Source of the DNA: an uncultured delta proteobacterium
GTDB lineage: Bacteria > Desulfobacterota > Desulfomonilia > UBA1062
NCBI GenBank assembly: GCA_963752595.1
Contig: CAVVYZ010000014.1
Coordinates: forward strand, 32,001 to 96,000
DNA length: 64,000 nt
Direction of reading: 5' to 3'
A program made the translations under genes and the position numbers. This document shows positions 48,556 through 59,308 of this stretch, in pieces; positions within the stretch are counted from its first letter, which is position 1; every line of letters begins with the position of its first letter. The notes under the pieces were generated by a model. That model was given only the letters and a program-made list of their open reading frames with translations, was not told the origin of the DNA and did no database searches.

Positions 48556-50274
48556 TCACGAGTCGATAAACGACCGCAGCTTCTTTGATCTCACCGGGTG
48601 CCTGAGCTTGCGCAGGGCCTTGGCTTCGATCTGACGGATGCGCTCGCGGGTGACCGTGAAGTCTTTTCCCACCTCTTCGAGGGTGTGGTCGGACTTTTCA
48701 CCGATACCGAAACGCATGCGCAGGACCTTCTCCTCCCTCGGAGTGAGCGTTGCAAGCACGCGCCTGGACTGCTCGGAGAGGTTCTTAGCCATGATCGCAT
48801 CCGACGGCGACGGCACCTTCTTGTCCTCGATGAAATCGCCCAGGTGGCTGTCTTCTTCCTCGCCGATGGGCGTCTCCAGGGAGATGGGCTCCTTGGCGAT
48901 TTTAAGGATCTTGCGCACCTTGTGCTCCGGGTAATCCATCTTTTCCGCGATCTCTTCCGGTGTGGGCTCTCTGCCCAGTTCCTGAACGAGCGCCCGGGAG
49001 GTGCGGATGAGCTTGTTGATCGTTTCGATCATGTGCACAGGGATACGGATGGTCCGCGCCTGGTCTGCGATGGCCCGGGTGATGGCCTGGCGGATCCACC
49101 AGGTTGCGTATGTGGAGAACTTATAGCCCCTGCGGTACTCGAACTTCTCCACTGCCTTCATGAGGCCGATGTTCCCTTCCTGGATAAGGTCGAGGAACTG
49201 TAAGCCCCGGTTCACGTATTTCTTGGCAATGCTTACCACGAGGCGTAAATTCGCCTGGATAAGCTCTGTCTTGGCGGCGTTGGTCCTGGCTTCCGCCTCC
49301 TCGAGGATCCTCACGGCCTTTTTCAGGCCATGGGCAGTGAGCCCGCCCTCGATCTCAAGGGCCTTGATCTCTCTGCTCATCCTGCTGATTTCCTCGGCAA
49401 TTTCGATAAACTCATCGGAGCTCAGCGAGTACTTTTCCAGAAACTCGCACGCCGAGCCGTTCTCGTCACCGGCACAGACGATTACATGGATCTGCCTGAT
49501 ATCTTCGAGGTCCCTCTCGAACCGCTGCTCGTAAAGAGCCATGAGCTTTTCTTTTGCCTCGATCTGGCGTTTCAACTCCTTGAGCCTGCTTCCAAACAAC
49601 TCGATCTGCTCAGGAAGGAAGTGAATATCATGGATCATCTTGACGATCTCACGGCTCACGGTCGCCATCTCGTGTTTGATGCGCTCTTTTTCTTTTGCCT
49701 TGCTCACATGGAAGAACTTGATTTTGAGCGCCTTGAGATCTGCCTGCCGTGTCTCGATCTCGGTGATGATCTCCAGGGCCTTGACAAGGGACGCTTCTTC
49801 CTCGACTTCGAAGATATCATCGATATCAACGACATCCTTGAGCCGGATCTCGCCGTTCTTGAGCGCTGCACCGATCTGGAGCACTTCTTTGACCGTAACA
49901 GGTGAATTGATGATGACGTTCAGGATCTGGCGCTGTCCAGCCTCGATCCTCTTTGCTATCTCGGTTTCATCTTCGCGGGACAACAGGGATACGGATCCCA
50001 TCTCATGAAGATACATCTTAACCGGATCCGGGGCACGCAGTGCGCCATCCTCGTGAAAATCAATCGCCTCATCGGTCGTCTCGTACTCATCCTCGGTATC
50101 CACGAGCTGAATCTCTTTTTCAGAGAAAAGGTCCATGACGTCTTCAAGGTCATCGGGTGTAATCACGTCATCGGGAAGGGCATCATTGACCTCTTCGTAG
50201 GTCAGATAACCTTTGGACTTCCCCATGGCGAGCAATTTTTTTACTTCTTTGGTATAGGCCTTTTTCTCGCTCAT
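48556..50274 (-). CDS. rpoD: RNA polymerase primary sigma factor
   Basis: [45 protein letters not shown]. Confidence 0.97.
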   Translation of the reverse strand: MSEKKAYTKEVKKLLAMGKSKGYLTYEEVNDALPDDVITPDDLEDVMDLFSEKEIQLVDTEDEYETTDEAIDFHEDGALRAPDPVKMYLHEMGSVSLLSREDETEIAKRIEAGQRQILNVIINSPVTVKEVLQIGAALKNGEIRLKDVVDIDDIFEVEEEASLVKALEIITEIETRQADLKALKIKFFHVSKAKEKERIKHEMATVSREIVKMIHDIHFLPEQIELFGSRLKELKRQIEAKEKLMALYEQRFERDLEDIRQIHVIVCAGDENGSACEFLEKYSLSSDEFIEIAEEISRMSREIKALEIEGGLTAHGLKKAVRILEEAEARTNAAKTELIQANLRLVVSIAKKYVNRGLQFLDLIQEGNIGLMKAVEKFEYRRGYKFSTYATWWIRQAITRAIADQARTIRIPVHMIETINKLIRTSRALVQELGREPTPEEIAEKMDYPEHKVRKILKIAKEPISLETPIGEEEDSHLGDFIEDKKVPSPSDAIMAKNLSEQSRRVLATLTPREEKVLRMRFGIGEKSDHTLEEVGKDFTVTRERIRQIEAKALRKLRHPVRSKKLRSFIDS

Positions 50275-52007
50275 ATCCTCTGTAGCTCCTCCGTCACACA
50301 CTGTCGTACGTGCTTTCTCTCGTCCATCTTTTGTTGTCTTTGTTTCAATAATTCGTTTCTTCGTACGCGGTCTCCACTTTCCTCAGCTTGAGATAATTCT
50401 TGTTGTATCCGCTGTATATCCGATTCGATCGAAAGACTCTTAAACCGGCAAGCCATATCAATCAAGGCTTTTTTTGCATCTCCGGGAAACTCGCCTTCCG
50501 CCAAGATCCCGGAAGCCAGTTTCCTGACATCCGCCGGACAGTCGTAGGCATCCAGTCCCCTCTTTCCTTTTTCCACCAGAAAACTGATCAACCGGGAAAG
50601 CTCGCTGTCTTTTACGGCCCCGTCAAGTCCGAGCCCTTTTACCACCCGGATTGCATACTCATCGAAGAGCATAAGCCGCGCAACAATTTCCTCCATGGGT
50701 AAATGCTCGCGGGAAACGGGTTGGGTGCTGCCGACCGGGCGTTCGCTTTCGCCCTTGTTTATCTGCCGGGTGATCACCTCCTCCGAAACTTTAAGCCGCA
50801 CAGAGAGTCTCTGGCTTAAGTGTTCCCGGACAAGCGGATCTTTTATCCGGGATATGACGGGAACAAGCTCCTTCATAAGAATCTTTTTATCTTCCAGTTT
50901 GGATGTATCTTTGGTGGAAAAAGATTCATCAAAAATGAAATCCCATATGGAGGGAGCATGGCCGAGCAGATCCTTCCACAGTTCGGGGTCTGTCCTAGCC
51001 ACATCGTCAGGGTCTTTGCCGTCGGGAAGAAGGACGACCTTGGGAGTGGCATCGCAGTTGAGAAAGGGGTCGACCGAGCGGAGCATTGCGTTCCTTCCGG
51101 CCTTGTCACCGTCAAACACCAGGTGGATCTTGTCCGTAAAACGGCTCAGGAGCCGCACATGATCTTCGCCCAGGGCAGTCCCCAAAGTCGCAACCGCCTC
51201 TTTGAAACCCGCATTGCTCAAAGAGACCACATCCATATACCCTTCCACGATCGCCACGCCTTTCTCCTTAAGCGTCCCCTTGACGCTGCAGAGGTTGTAC
51301 AGGACCATCCGCTTCCTGAAGATCGGCGATTCGGGCGTGTTAAGATACTTGGGATCTCCCTTGGCCAGGATCCTGCCGCCGAAGCCGATCACGTCCGAGG
51401 TGATATCCCGGATGGGAAAGATCACCCGGTTGCGGAAACGGTCATAGTAGCCATTCGTTTTCCGCTCTGCGACAAGACCGCACTTGCAGGCCGCCTCGAG
51501 CGGAATCGCCTTTGATTTCAGGAAGCGTCCCAGGTCTTCCCATGAGTCGGGGGCATATCCCAGCTCGAACGCGTCGATGGTCGCGCTGCTCAAGCCTCTT
51601 TTTTTGAGGTAATCCATCGCATCCGCCCCTTTGGAGGAGTGGAGGGTCTTCCGGTAGAACTCCAGGGCCAGCTTGTTCGCCTCAAAAAAAACAGTCTTCT
51701 CCGAGCTCCTGCCTTTACCCGGCATCTCGATGGAGACGCCTGCCTGGTCAGCAAGTTTTTTCAGTACCTCGGGGAAGCTTAAGCCATCCTTTTCCATCAC
51801 GAAGTTGAAGACGTCGCCGCCTTTGCCGCACCCGAAGCACTTGTAGGACTGCCGCTCAGCGTCCACATGGAAAGACGGCGTCTTTTCGGTATGGAACGGG
51901 CACAGACCCACATGCGTCTTTCCCCTCTTCTTCAGGCTCACATACCCTGAAATGACGGAGACGATGTCGATGGCGCTTCTGACCTTTTCTACGTTGTCTC
52001 TTTCCAT
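50271..52007 (-). CDS. dnaG: DNA primase
   Basis: [11 protein letters not shown] zinc finger, KYLNTPE, VEGYMD, FDGDKAG. Confidence 0.97.
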   Translation of the reverse strand: MERDNVEKVRSAIDIVSVISGYVSLKKRGKTHVGLCPFHTEKTPSFHVDAERQSYKCFGCGKGGDVFNFVMEKDGLSFPEVLKKLADQAGVSIEMPGKGRSSEKTVFFEANKLALEFYRKTLHSSKGADAMDYLKKRGLSSATIDAFELGYAPDSWEDLGRFLKSKAIPLEAACKCGLVAERKTNGYYDRFRNRVIFPIRDITSDVIGFGGRILAKGDPKYLNTPESPIFRKRMVLYNLCSVKGTLKEKGVAIVEGYMDVVSLSNAGFKEAVATLGTALGEDHVRLLSRFTDKIHLVFDGDKAGRNAMLRSVDPFLNCDATPKVVLLPDGKDPDDVARTDPELWKDLLGHAPSIWDFIFDESFSTKDTSKLEDKKILMKELVPVISRIKDPLVREHLSQRLSVRLKVSEEVITRQINKGESERPVGSTQPVSREHLPMEEIVARLMLFDEYAIRVVKGLGLDGAVKDSELSRLISFLVEKGKRGLDAYDCPADVRKLASGILAEGEFPGDAKKALIDMACRFKSLSIESDIQRIQQELSQAEESGDRVRRNELLKQRQQKMDERKHVRQCVTEELQRI

Positions 52008-54271
52008 CAGCCCTTGTCGAACATAACGATAGTCTTATTCCCGCCGCCTTCTCTTACCGTGCTGTCGGAATACCCCTTCACCGCTTCGAGCCCTTTGAGG
52101 TATTCCCGGATGGCGTTCTTCAATCTTCCTGTGCCGGCACCGTGGATGATTTCGACGCTCTTCTGCCCGGAGAGCAGCGCCTGGTCTACAGCCTTCTCGA
52201 TGACCGGCAGTGCCTCGTCCACGCGCATTCCCACGACATTGATCGGCAGCACATATTCCGAAATGGCCCGGACATGCATGTCCACACGCATGGGCTTCGG
52301 GTCTTCTTCCTCACCAATGGCTTCGATCTGGTCGAGGCTCACCTTGAGGCGCTTCTGGCCCATGAGGACCTCTGCATGGTCATGGGAAAGCTCCACCACC
52401 TGGCCTGTGGTGTTCGTGCCCTTGAGCACGACCGATGCACCCTTTCTCATGGCCAGTACCTGTGCCGGTTCGCTTTCCCTCCGGATCTCGTCGAGCTCCT
52501 GCGCTTCTACCGACGCCCGGACCTCTTCGATCTTTTCCTTGCGCTGCGGTTTGCTTGCAAGTATTTCCACCCTGTCCATGAGGCGCTTGTACCGCAAGGA
52601 GAGGTTGATCTTCTCCCGCTCCGCATCCCTGACCTTTTCTTCCGCCTGCAGTTTGAGTTCCCGTGCCCGGTCCAGCTCTTCTTCGGCTTTGAGCTTCATG
52701 GATGACGCCTGGGAGATGTCCTCCATGGCCCTTGCCAGAGCCGATCCTCCGTCGCCGGTGGTGATCGTTTTAGCTTCGTGGATAATCTCGGCAGGAAAGC
52801 CCACGGACTTGAGGATATCGAAGGCCCTGCTCTGCCCGATTACTCCGTACTGGAGGCTGAACAGCGGTTTCAGGCCCGTATCGTCAAAGGCGGTCGCAGC
52901 GTTCTCCACGCCTTCGCTGGAGAGCCCGTAAAGCTTGATAAGATCGGCATGGGATGTAACCACGACCCGTGCACCCTTCTTCCGGTAGGCATCGATGCAG
53001 CTGACGGCAATGGCCGCCCCCTGCTGGGGCTCTGTCCCGGTGCCCGGCTCGTCGAGGAGGACGAGGTCTCCCGGTCCGGCATGCTCGTAGATATGCTTCA
53101 GCGTCATGGCATGGGCGGTAAAGGATGAGAGGCCGTGCTGAATGTCCTGGCCCGTATCCATCTCCACGAGCACCGAACTCACCGGGAAGATCACAGACTC
53201 CTCTTTGGCCGGTATGGCGAGCCCGCTCTTGGCCATGATCATAAGAAGCCCGAGCGTTTTGAGCGCTACGGTTTTGCCGCCCGCGTTCGGCCCTGAGATG
53301 ATGAGGCAGTCCTTGCCTGCAGGCATCGTGATATCGAGCGGGACGGTCCTTTTGCCCAGACGTTCGAGCAGAATGGGGTGCCGCGCACCTTTCAGATCGA
53401 TCCCGTCCTGCGACAGGGAGGGGATGACCGCTTGATGCTTCACGGCCCAGGATGCGCAGGCATGGATGAGATCGAGGAGCCCGTAGACATTGAGATTGTT
53501 CCGGATGCTTGCCCCTTCAGCGAGGATCTGGGCAGTAAGATCGCGCAGGATCTTGTTCTCTTCCTCCTTGATATCCGAGCGCACCTGGTTAAGCGTGTTG
53601 TTCTCTTCCACGACAGCAAGCGGCTCCACGAATGCGGTCTTGTTCGTGCGGGAAAAATCATGGGTAATGCCCTTGATGTGGCTTCCATAGTCATGCCGCA
53701 AGGGGATCACGTAGCGGTCGTTGCGGATGGTTATGAGGTCTTCCATGACCATGGACCTGGTTTTCAGAAAATCGAGGATGCCCTGGAGCTTCTCCAGTAC
53801 AACCACGCGGAGCGACCTTGCCTGCTTGCGGAGCCTTCTCAGGAAAGGATTGGCATCATCGGAGATCTCCCCGGTGGGGAGCAGGAGGCTGTCGATCTCC
53901 GCAGTAAGACTATCCAGAGGCTCGATGCCGGCCGTAAGGGTTGAGAGCGGCCCTCCCGCTTTCTCCAGCATCCATTTGATCCTTGCCGTCTCGGATATGA
54001 CGCCTGAGACCATTATGATATCCTTGCCCTCGAACATGGCCCCTTCATGGAAATTGAGGAGCTCCCTGATCTCCGAAAGGGCGGAGAACCCGAGCGGTTC
54101 ACCTGATGCAAACAGCGAGATCATCTCGTTCAGCATGGACCAGCGCGTGGCCGCCTCGTCCCAGGTGTCGAAGGGGTGCAGCTCGGCCAGAGCGCTCAAC
54201 CCTGCCTCGGACGCGACAAACGACCGGATATATCCCTTGAGCGAAGAAAATTCGAGCAGATCCTGTCCCAT
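52007..54271 (-). CDS. mutS2: MutS2 protein
   Basis: ISGPNAGGKT, LLDEPGTGT, coiled coil, KOW-like region, Smr IIHGAGTG. Confidence 0.93.
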   Translation of the reverse strand: MGQDLLEFSSLKGYIRSFVASEAGLSALAELHPFDTWDEAATRWSMLNEMISLFASGEPLGFSALSEIRELLNFHEGAMFEGKDIIMVSGVISETARIKWMLEKAGGPLSTLTAGIEPLDSLTAEIDSLLLPTGEISDDANPFLRRLRKQARSLRVVVLEKLQGILDFLKTRSMVMEDLITIRNDRYVIPLRHDYGSHIKGITHDFSRTNKTAFVEPLAVVEENNTLNQVRSDIKEEENKILRDLTAQILAEGASIRNNLNVYGLLDLIHACASWAVKHQAVIPSLSQDGIDLKGARHPILLERLGKRTVPLDITMPAGKDCLIISGPNAGGKTVALKTLGLLMIMAKSGLAIPAKEESVIFPVSSVLVEMDTGQDIQHGLSSFTAHAMTLKHIYEHAGPGDLVLLDEPGTGTEPQQGAAIAVSCIDAYRKKGARVVVTSHADLIKLYGLSSEGVENAATAFDDTGLKPLFSLQYGVIGQSRAFDILKSVGFPAEIIHEAKTITTGDGGSALARAMEDISQASSMKLKAEEELDRARELKLQAEEKVRDAEREKINLSLRYKRLMDRVEILASKPQRKEKIEEVRASVEAQELDEIRRESEPAQVLAMRKGASVVLKGTNTTGQVVELSHDHAEVLMGQKRLKVSLDQIEAIGEEEDPKPMRVDMHVRAISEYVLPINVVGMRVDEALPVIEKAVDQALLSGQKSVEIIHGAGTGRLKNAIREYLKGLEAVKGYSDSTVREGGGNKTIVMFDKG

Positions 54272-54324
54272 GAATGTCCAGATATTCCGGCGAAGGCCGG
54301 CTTCTTATTTAGAATGCTAAGAAA

Positions 54325-54762
54325 TCAATGCAGTAATTGGGATACGATGGCGCTAACCCGTTTCCCGTCAGCCCGGCCTGAGACCTCTGCCATGGTCTTT
54401 TTCATGGCCATTCCGAAATCTTTTTTCGTAGCCGATGTCTCTGCAATTATCCGTTTCACGATTCCACTGATCTCTTCATCACTCAATTCCTGCGGAAGGT
54501 ATGATTTCAGGATGGCGAGATTCTTTTCCTCAATGGATGCGAGGTCGTCCCTGCCGCCCTGCTTGTACTGCTCATAGGAGTCCGTCACCTGTTTGAGCTG
54601 GGTGCGTAGGACCTGGAGCGCTTCCGTATCGTCGAGTTCCTTCTTCGATTCGACCTGCTTGTATTTGAACGCGGACAATATCAAACGAAGGCAGGAGGTC
54701 TTATCCTTGTCTCCTGCCTTCATTGCTTTCCCTAAGTCAGACTTGATGGTATCAACGAGCAT
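54325..54762 (-). CDS. yqeY: GatB/YqeY domain protein
   Basis: AMKAGDK, GGRDDL, YLPQEL, GRADGK; synteny with rpsU. Confidence 0.9.
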   Translation of the reverse strand: MLVDTIKSDLGKAMKAGDKDKTSCLRLILSAFKYKQVESKKELDDTEALQVLRTQLKQVTDSYEQYKQGGRDDLASIEEKNLAILKSYLPQELSDEEISGIVKRIIAETSATKKDFGMAMKKTMAEVSGRADGKRVSAIVSQLLH

Positions 54763-54965
54763 CAGTAGTAAGACCTTACCTTGTTCAATCTCTTTAGAAC
54801 CCTTTTGCGAGCTGCTATGGCCTTCTTCTTTTTTTTGACGCTCGGCTTTTCGTAGAACTCGCGCTTGCGGACCTCAGAGAGAACACCTGCTTTCTCTACC
54901 TGCTTTTTGAAGCGCTTGAGCGCGCCCTCAAAAGGCTCTGTTTCTCTCACCTTTATTCCAGGCAT
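54762..54965 (-). CDS. rpsU: 30S ribosomal protein S21
   Basis: [18 protein letters not shown]. Confidence 0.96.
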   Translation of the reverse strand: MPGIKVRETEPFEGALKRFKKQVEKAGVLSEVRKREFYEKPSVKKKKKAIAARKRVLKRLNKVRSYY

Positions 54966-55410
54966 TCGATTATGTACACCCCCCCTCTTCTAGGAGCTTT
55001 TTATTCAAGAGATAGAATCTATATAAGAAGAGCACATGGAATGTCAAGGACGTAGTGAATCCTCCTGTTATTGCGAAATGATTTCCTGTTTACCACCGGC
55101 ATAAGGCTCGTAAAGGAGCCGTGTGCGGGATGATACCTTTCCTCAGTGCGATCACATTCCATGCAGCAAGGCTGCTTTGAGTTCGCCTTCCAGGCTCCCC
55201 CTCTGCGCCGTCGTGGCGCGCTATCATTCGAAGAGCATCACTTTACAAGAATGGGTTTCCGGATGGACACTTGACGGGGGTGTCCCTGGAAATCTCTGAG
55301 ACAATCCGGGTGGTCATCATGCCGACAATAATAAGCCTTTCATGATATTACCTTGTTCCTTTTATTGGCATCCCGAATGGTGTATTATTATTTTATAAGG
55401 AACTATCATT

Positions 55411-56694
55411 ATGAAACTTGCACGGACCGGGTTGGAGAAGATCAAGCACGTCATCCCTCTATCGGAAAATCCTCCTCTTGTGGATCGAGGACTTGAATTC
55501 CTTCAGGCCGGCTCATTCACCTCCAAGTACACACTGGATGACTCTACCGGCCGCATATTTACGAACAGCCTTTTTCCCTCATTTCCCGGTAAGTCATGGG
55601 ACAGGTTTTTTGCGGGTGTTGGGGGAATAGCCCAAGGAGAAAGAATCCCCCTGTGGCTTGATATCGTCACCACAGGGAGGTGCCACTGCAATTGCTGGCA
55701 CTGCTTCCGGTCGAAATACACGAATACGTCTGATTTGAGTCTTGACGTCATTGAAAAGCTTATTCACGATGCATATGCCCTGGGTACGGTGATGCTGGGA
55801 CTCACCGGCGGCGAGCCCATGCTTCATCGCGATCTGCTTGACATAATCCGTTTGGTGCCGGAAGGCATGGAAATTCTCTTGTACACCACCGGACATCTGA
55901 TGGATGAGTCATTCATCCGTAAAGCTGAAGAAACTCAGGTCACCAGGTGCATTATCAGCCTCGATCACTTTGATGCCGAGGCCGTCAAGAAGAGGAGACA
56001 GCATGTCGGTGCCTTCGACGAGGCGGTAAACACCCTGAAGCTCCTGGGCAAAAGCCGCATCTTTACAAGCGTTGCCCTGTGCATCACAGAAGACCTTTGT
56101 ACGGAAGATGCCTTCAACCGCTATTTGGACCTGGTCTGCTCTCTGGAGGTAAATGAGGTCCGGGTTATCCTGCCGGTACCCCAGGGCAGACTGCAAGGGG
56201 AAAGCCACAAGCGGCTTTATGGAGAAGCCCGCCGCATGGTCAGAAAGATCAAGGAACAAACAGCCGGGGATGAAAGCGTACCGAGCATCATGCTCTTTTC
56301 GGATTTCGAGAGCAGTGCGTGCCTTGGGTGCGGGGCAGGATTCCACTATATCTCGATAAATAACGATGGGCAGGTGACCCCCTGCGTGGCTGTGCCCCTG
56401 GCCTTCGGAAATATCCACGACAGCAGTCTTGGGGAGATTTATTCCACCGTCATGGGATGCTATTTCAAATCGGCCGGGACCACCTGTTTCGGCAGGCGCG
56501 TGAACCGTATGATCGGAAGACAGGGAAGCGTGCCCGAGTCGTATCCATATCCGGTCGAATATTCCAAGGCATTGGCTTCTGGCTGTATCGTGGATGGTGG
56601 GCAGGGGTCCTTCTTCAGGAACATGGGCATACCCGTATGCTGCAAAGTCGATCTCAGGACCTCTGCAAAACAGCATACGACCATATCTTTCTGA
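55411..56694 (+). CDS. Radical SAM protein with SPASM/Twitch-type C-terminal domain
   Basis: CHCNCWHC (CX3CX2C), TGGEP, CLGCGAG...DGQVTPC...FGNI. Confidence 0.9.
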   Translation: MKLARTGLEKIKHVIPLSENPPLVDRGLEFLQAGSFTSKYTLDDSTGRIFTNSLFPSFPGKSWDRFFAGVGGIAQGERIPLWLDIVTTGRCHCNCWHCFRSKYTNTSDLSLDVIEKLIHDAYALGTVMLGLTGGEPMLHRDLLDIIRLVPEGMEILLYTTGHLMDESFIRKAEETQVTRCIISLDHFDAEAVKKRRQHVGAFDEAVNTLKLLGKSRIFTSVALCITEDLCTEDAFNRYLDLVCSLEVNEVRVILPVPQGRLQGESHKRLYGEARRMVRKIKEQTAGDESVPSIMLFSDFESSACLGCGAGFHYISINNDGQVTPCVAVPLAFGNIHDSSLGEIYSTVMGCYFKSAGTTCFGRRVNRMIGRQGSVPESYPYPVEYSKALASGCIVDGGQGSFFRNMGIPVCCKVDLRTSAKQHTTISF

Positions 56695-56719
56695 CGCCTT
56701 CTCTATAATAGGAGTGACT

Positions 56720-57772
56720 ATGGGCCGAAGAGCAAGACTCACCGGTGTAGGGAAATGCACACCCCCTGTCCTGACCAATGACGATTTTATCCGGGTGTTC
56801 GGTAAACGGGCTTCGTTCATCGACAAGCTCATACCCCACAAGAGTCGCTATTGCGGCATCGACATCAGGACCGGGGCTGCACTCAACAAGAACTCCGACA
56901 TGGCGCTCGAAGCCTCCCGGCATGCTATCGAGATGGCAGGCATCGGGCCGGATGATATCGACATGATCATACTGGCCTCGGCATCACCAGACTACCTCCT
57001 GCCTCCCTGTTTCACCATCCTTCAAGGAAAGCTGGAAATACGCGAGTGCATGGGCATGGATATCCGCTCCGGCTGCTCCGGCTTCGGAACCGCGATGATC
57101 ACTGCGCAGCAGTACATCGAAACCTTCAAGGCGGACACCGTGCTCGTCGTGGGCTCCGAACTGAATTCCACCAGGAGCTCGTTCCTCTTCAAGGATGGAG
57201 TGAGCAAGTTTCCCCTGCATGCCCTCTTCAACCTCATGCTGTTCGGCGACGGCGCCGGGGCCGTGGTAATGCAAGCAGCCGATATGCAGAACGAGGGAAT
57301 ATTCTGTTCCACCATGGCATCCACCAAAGCCGATGTTCCTTCCGGGGCACGAGTCGAGGTGGGAGGCTCCATAACCCCTTTCCCGACGGATACCATCAAG
57401 AAAGAAGACTGGCTCATATACCAGGAGCCGAAGCTCACCGAAGAGATGATTCCGCGCGTATTTTACGAGGCAATGCAACGATTTCTTGAAGCAAACGATC
57501 TTGAGCTGGGATCCTTTGACTCTTTTATCTTTCCCATCGACTCGCACACCATCCTCGAGCGGGTGCTCACCTATCTGCCCGGGCTCGATGAGAAAAAGAT
57601 CGTGAGCATCGGCTCCGAAGGCGGCAGTATGGTGAATGCCTCTATACCGGTGACACTCGTCAAGGCATACCATGAAGGAAGGCTGAAAAAAGGGAATCGC
57701 GTTCTTATCTATGCTGCAGAGAACACCCAGTGGCAGCATGCCATCATCGGGCTCGACTGCAGCTTTTCATAA
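56720..57772 (+). CDS. Ketosynthase III (FabH-fold) protein with atypical active site
   Basis: ASASPDYLLPP, DIRSGCSGF, LFGDGAGA; SD GGAG; HQAN and GNT motifs replaced. Confidence 0.88.
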   Translation: MGRRARLTGVGKCTPPVLTNDDFIRVFGKRASFIDKLIPHKSRYCGIDIRTGAALNKNSDMALEASRHAIEMAGIGPDDIDMIILASASPDYLLPPCFTILQGKLEIRECMGMDIRSGCSGFGTAMITAQQYIETFKADTVLVVGSELNSTRSSFLFKDGVSKFPLHALFNLMLFGDGAGAVVMQAADMQNEGIFCSTMASTKADVPSGARVEVGGSITPFPTDTIKKEDWLIYQEPKLTEEMIPRVFYEAMQRFLEANDLELGSFDSFIFPIDSHTILERVLTYLPGLDEKKIVSIGSEGGSMVNASIPVTLVKAYHEGRLKKGNRVLIYAAENTQWQHAIIGLDCSFS

Positions 57773-57921
57773 GTGAGTTCAAGTATGATTTATTCCGAAG
57801 CACGAATAGTGACCTTTTCTATAGGAACCTAAGATAGGCAGGGTCAGGAATCAGAAATGATATGCGATTATATTAATTCTACAAATACTTATCCGTTTTC
57901 CCATTATGGCTCTGCACCTCG

Positions 57922-58114
57922 ATAGAGGCAAGACTCGAAGATAGTGCCCAGAGTGGCACGATTAGCCGGGAGCTTGCAGCACTCAAAAAAATGATGAATA
58001 TCGGGGCATAAGGCGCGGACAGTCTTCGACCGTTATAACATCGTGAACGCTGAGGATTTAAAACAGGCTGCATCAAGGCAGGAAGCATACCTTCAAAAGC
58101 AAAATAGTTACAGC
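57922..58114 (+). pseudogene. Tyrosine integrase remnant with large internal deletion (copy A)
   Basis: IEARLEDSAQSGTISRELAALKKMMNIGA joined out of frame to ISGHKARTVFDRYNIVNAEDLKQAA. Confidence 0.75.
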
Positions 58115-58178
58115 CCTCGATTTTACTCCAAAAGCCAATCAAGACAAAACCCAGATAAACCTTGCAACATTGAGGTAA

Positions 58179-58228
58179 TGCGAGAGAAGGGACTCGAACC
58201 CCCACGGAGTTACCCACTGGATCCTAAG
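58179..58228 (-). mobile_element. att site: displaced 3' half of tRNA-Leu
   Basis: 50-bp copy of the tRNA 3' half breaking in the anticodon loop; IHF consensus TAAGTCCTTGATT at 58234-58246. Confidence 0.85.
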
Positions 58229-58591
58229 GGCTATAAGTCCTTGATTTTACAAGGCCACAATGGCACACCAGCAAAGGATTTCAACGGGTTAGCAGATTTG
58301 GCTGGTTGGTAGGAATTGGGTAGACTTGGAACGTTTTTAGACGCGGTGGGCACGGAATAGTCACACTCCTTTCTCCAGGCCTCTATTCTCTATGAACAGA
58401 GCCTGATATTTTACCTTGCAAATTGGTCATGGCATGACTAATTTGCAAGGTAATTCATAGGGGCATGGATATCTTCATGCCTCCCACGCTCTATAGATCT
58501 ATGGACAATATTACCAATAGATATTTATAAGTATAGGTAATTTTGACCTTGAAGCCTAAATCAAACAATTGCTTTGTCTAGTTTTAGGCTC

Positions 58592-58620
58592 TTGACTTCT
58601 ATATCACTAAGTGATATAGA
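58592..58620 (+). promoter_or_regulatory. TA promoter with overlapping palindromic operator
   Basis: TTGACT-N17-TATAGA; TCTATATCACT-A-AGTGATATAGA (58598-58620). Confidence 0.8.
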
Positions 58621-58629
58621 TCAAAGCAA

Positions 58630-59007
58630 ATGGTATCCTATTGCAAAACAAAGCATTTTTCCAGATGGGCTGCTAAGGCTGGAATAAGCGATAATGTATT
58701 GCTCTCAGCTATTCGAGAAATACAAGAAGGGTTATTTGATGCAGATCTGGGCGGCGGAATCATTAAAAAGAGGGTTGCGCTTCCCGGCAGAGGAAAGAGA
58801 GGCAGTACGAGGACTTTACTGGCGACCAATCGGGATGACCGATGGTTCTTTGTTTTCGGTTTTGAGAAGAATGAGAGGGACAACATCACGAGTAAGGAAC
58901 TGGAAGCACTACGAGCATTAGCCACGGATCTGCTTCGACTGACTGCCAAGCAGATGGTTGAGGCAATTCGGCAAGGATCGCTGGTGGAGGTACATGATGA
59001 AACATAA
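58630..59007 (+). CDS. Type II TA toxin, RelE/ParE (HigB2-like) family
   Basis: KTKHFSRWA, DADLGGGIIKKRVA, GKRGSTR, FEKNERDNI. Confidence 0.9.
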   Translation: MVSYCKTKHFSRWAAKAGISDNVLLSAIREIQEGLFDADLGGGIIKKRVALPGRGKRGSTRTLLATNRDDRWFFVFGFEKNERDNITSKELEALRALATDLLRLTAKQMVEAIRQGSLVEVHDET

Positions 59008-59308
59008 AAGCAGAATTTTCGAAGCAGTACATGAAACGGCTCAGGATCTACATGCCCTTGGCTTTATAGACAAGCGGGCTTTGCGGTCCTATGATGCGCT
59101 TTGCATTGAGCCGGTCCCCCAATATAACGCCGAACAGATACGTAAGCTGCGAGATCGCTACCGATTGAGCCAAGCGGTGCTTGCATCCATGCTCAATACC
59201 AGTCTCTCAACAGTTCAGAAATGGGAGATCGGCGAGAAACATCCGAGTGGACCATCCCTAAAGCTGCTCAGTATCCTTGACCGCAAAGGGATTGAAGCTC
59301 TCATATAA
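58994..59308 (+). CDS. XRE-HTH antitoxin (HigA2-like)
   Basis: AVHETAQDL, LSQAVLA, TVQKWEIGEKHPSGPSLKLL; overlaps toxin. Confidence 0.9.
   Translation: MMKHKSRIFEAVHETAQDLHALGFIDKRALRSYDALCIEPVPQYNAEQIRKLRDRYRLSQAVLASMLNTSLSTVQKWEIGEKHPSGPSLKLLSILDRKGIEALI

Larger units (their letters stand above)
57849..58228. repeat. Direct repeat copy A (380 bp; integrase remnant + tRNA-Leu 3' half)
   Basis: Matches 59367-59747 except TTACCC vs TTGCCCC in the tRNA variable arm. Confidence 0.95.

Noticed and set aside
55253-55296. Imperfect long hairpin upstream of the radical SAM gene; also searched 54970-55410 for a distal tRNA-Leu att copy
   Set aside because: Single hairpin with no recognisable motif; no tRNA fragment found, so the island boundary on this side is unsupported
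57879-58312. Track ORFs of 112 aa (-) and 89 aa (+) and their duplicates at 59397-59746
   Set aside because: They run through tRNA/att sequence and the integrase remnant; not independent genes
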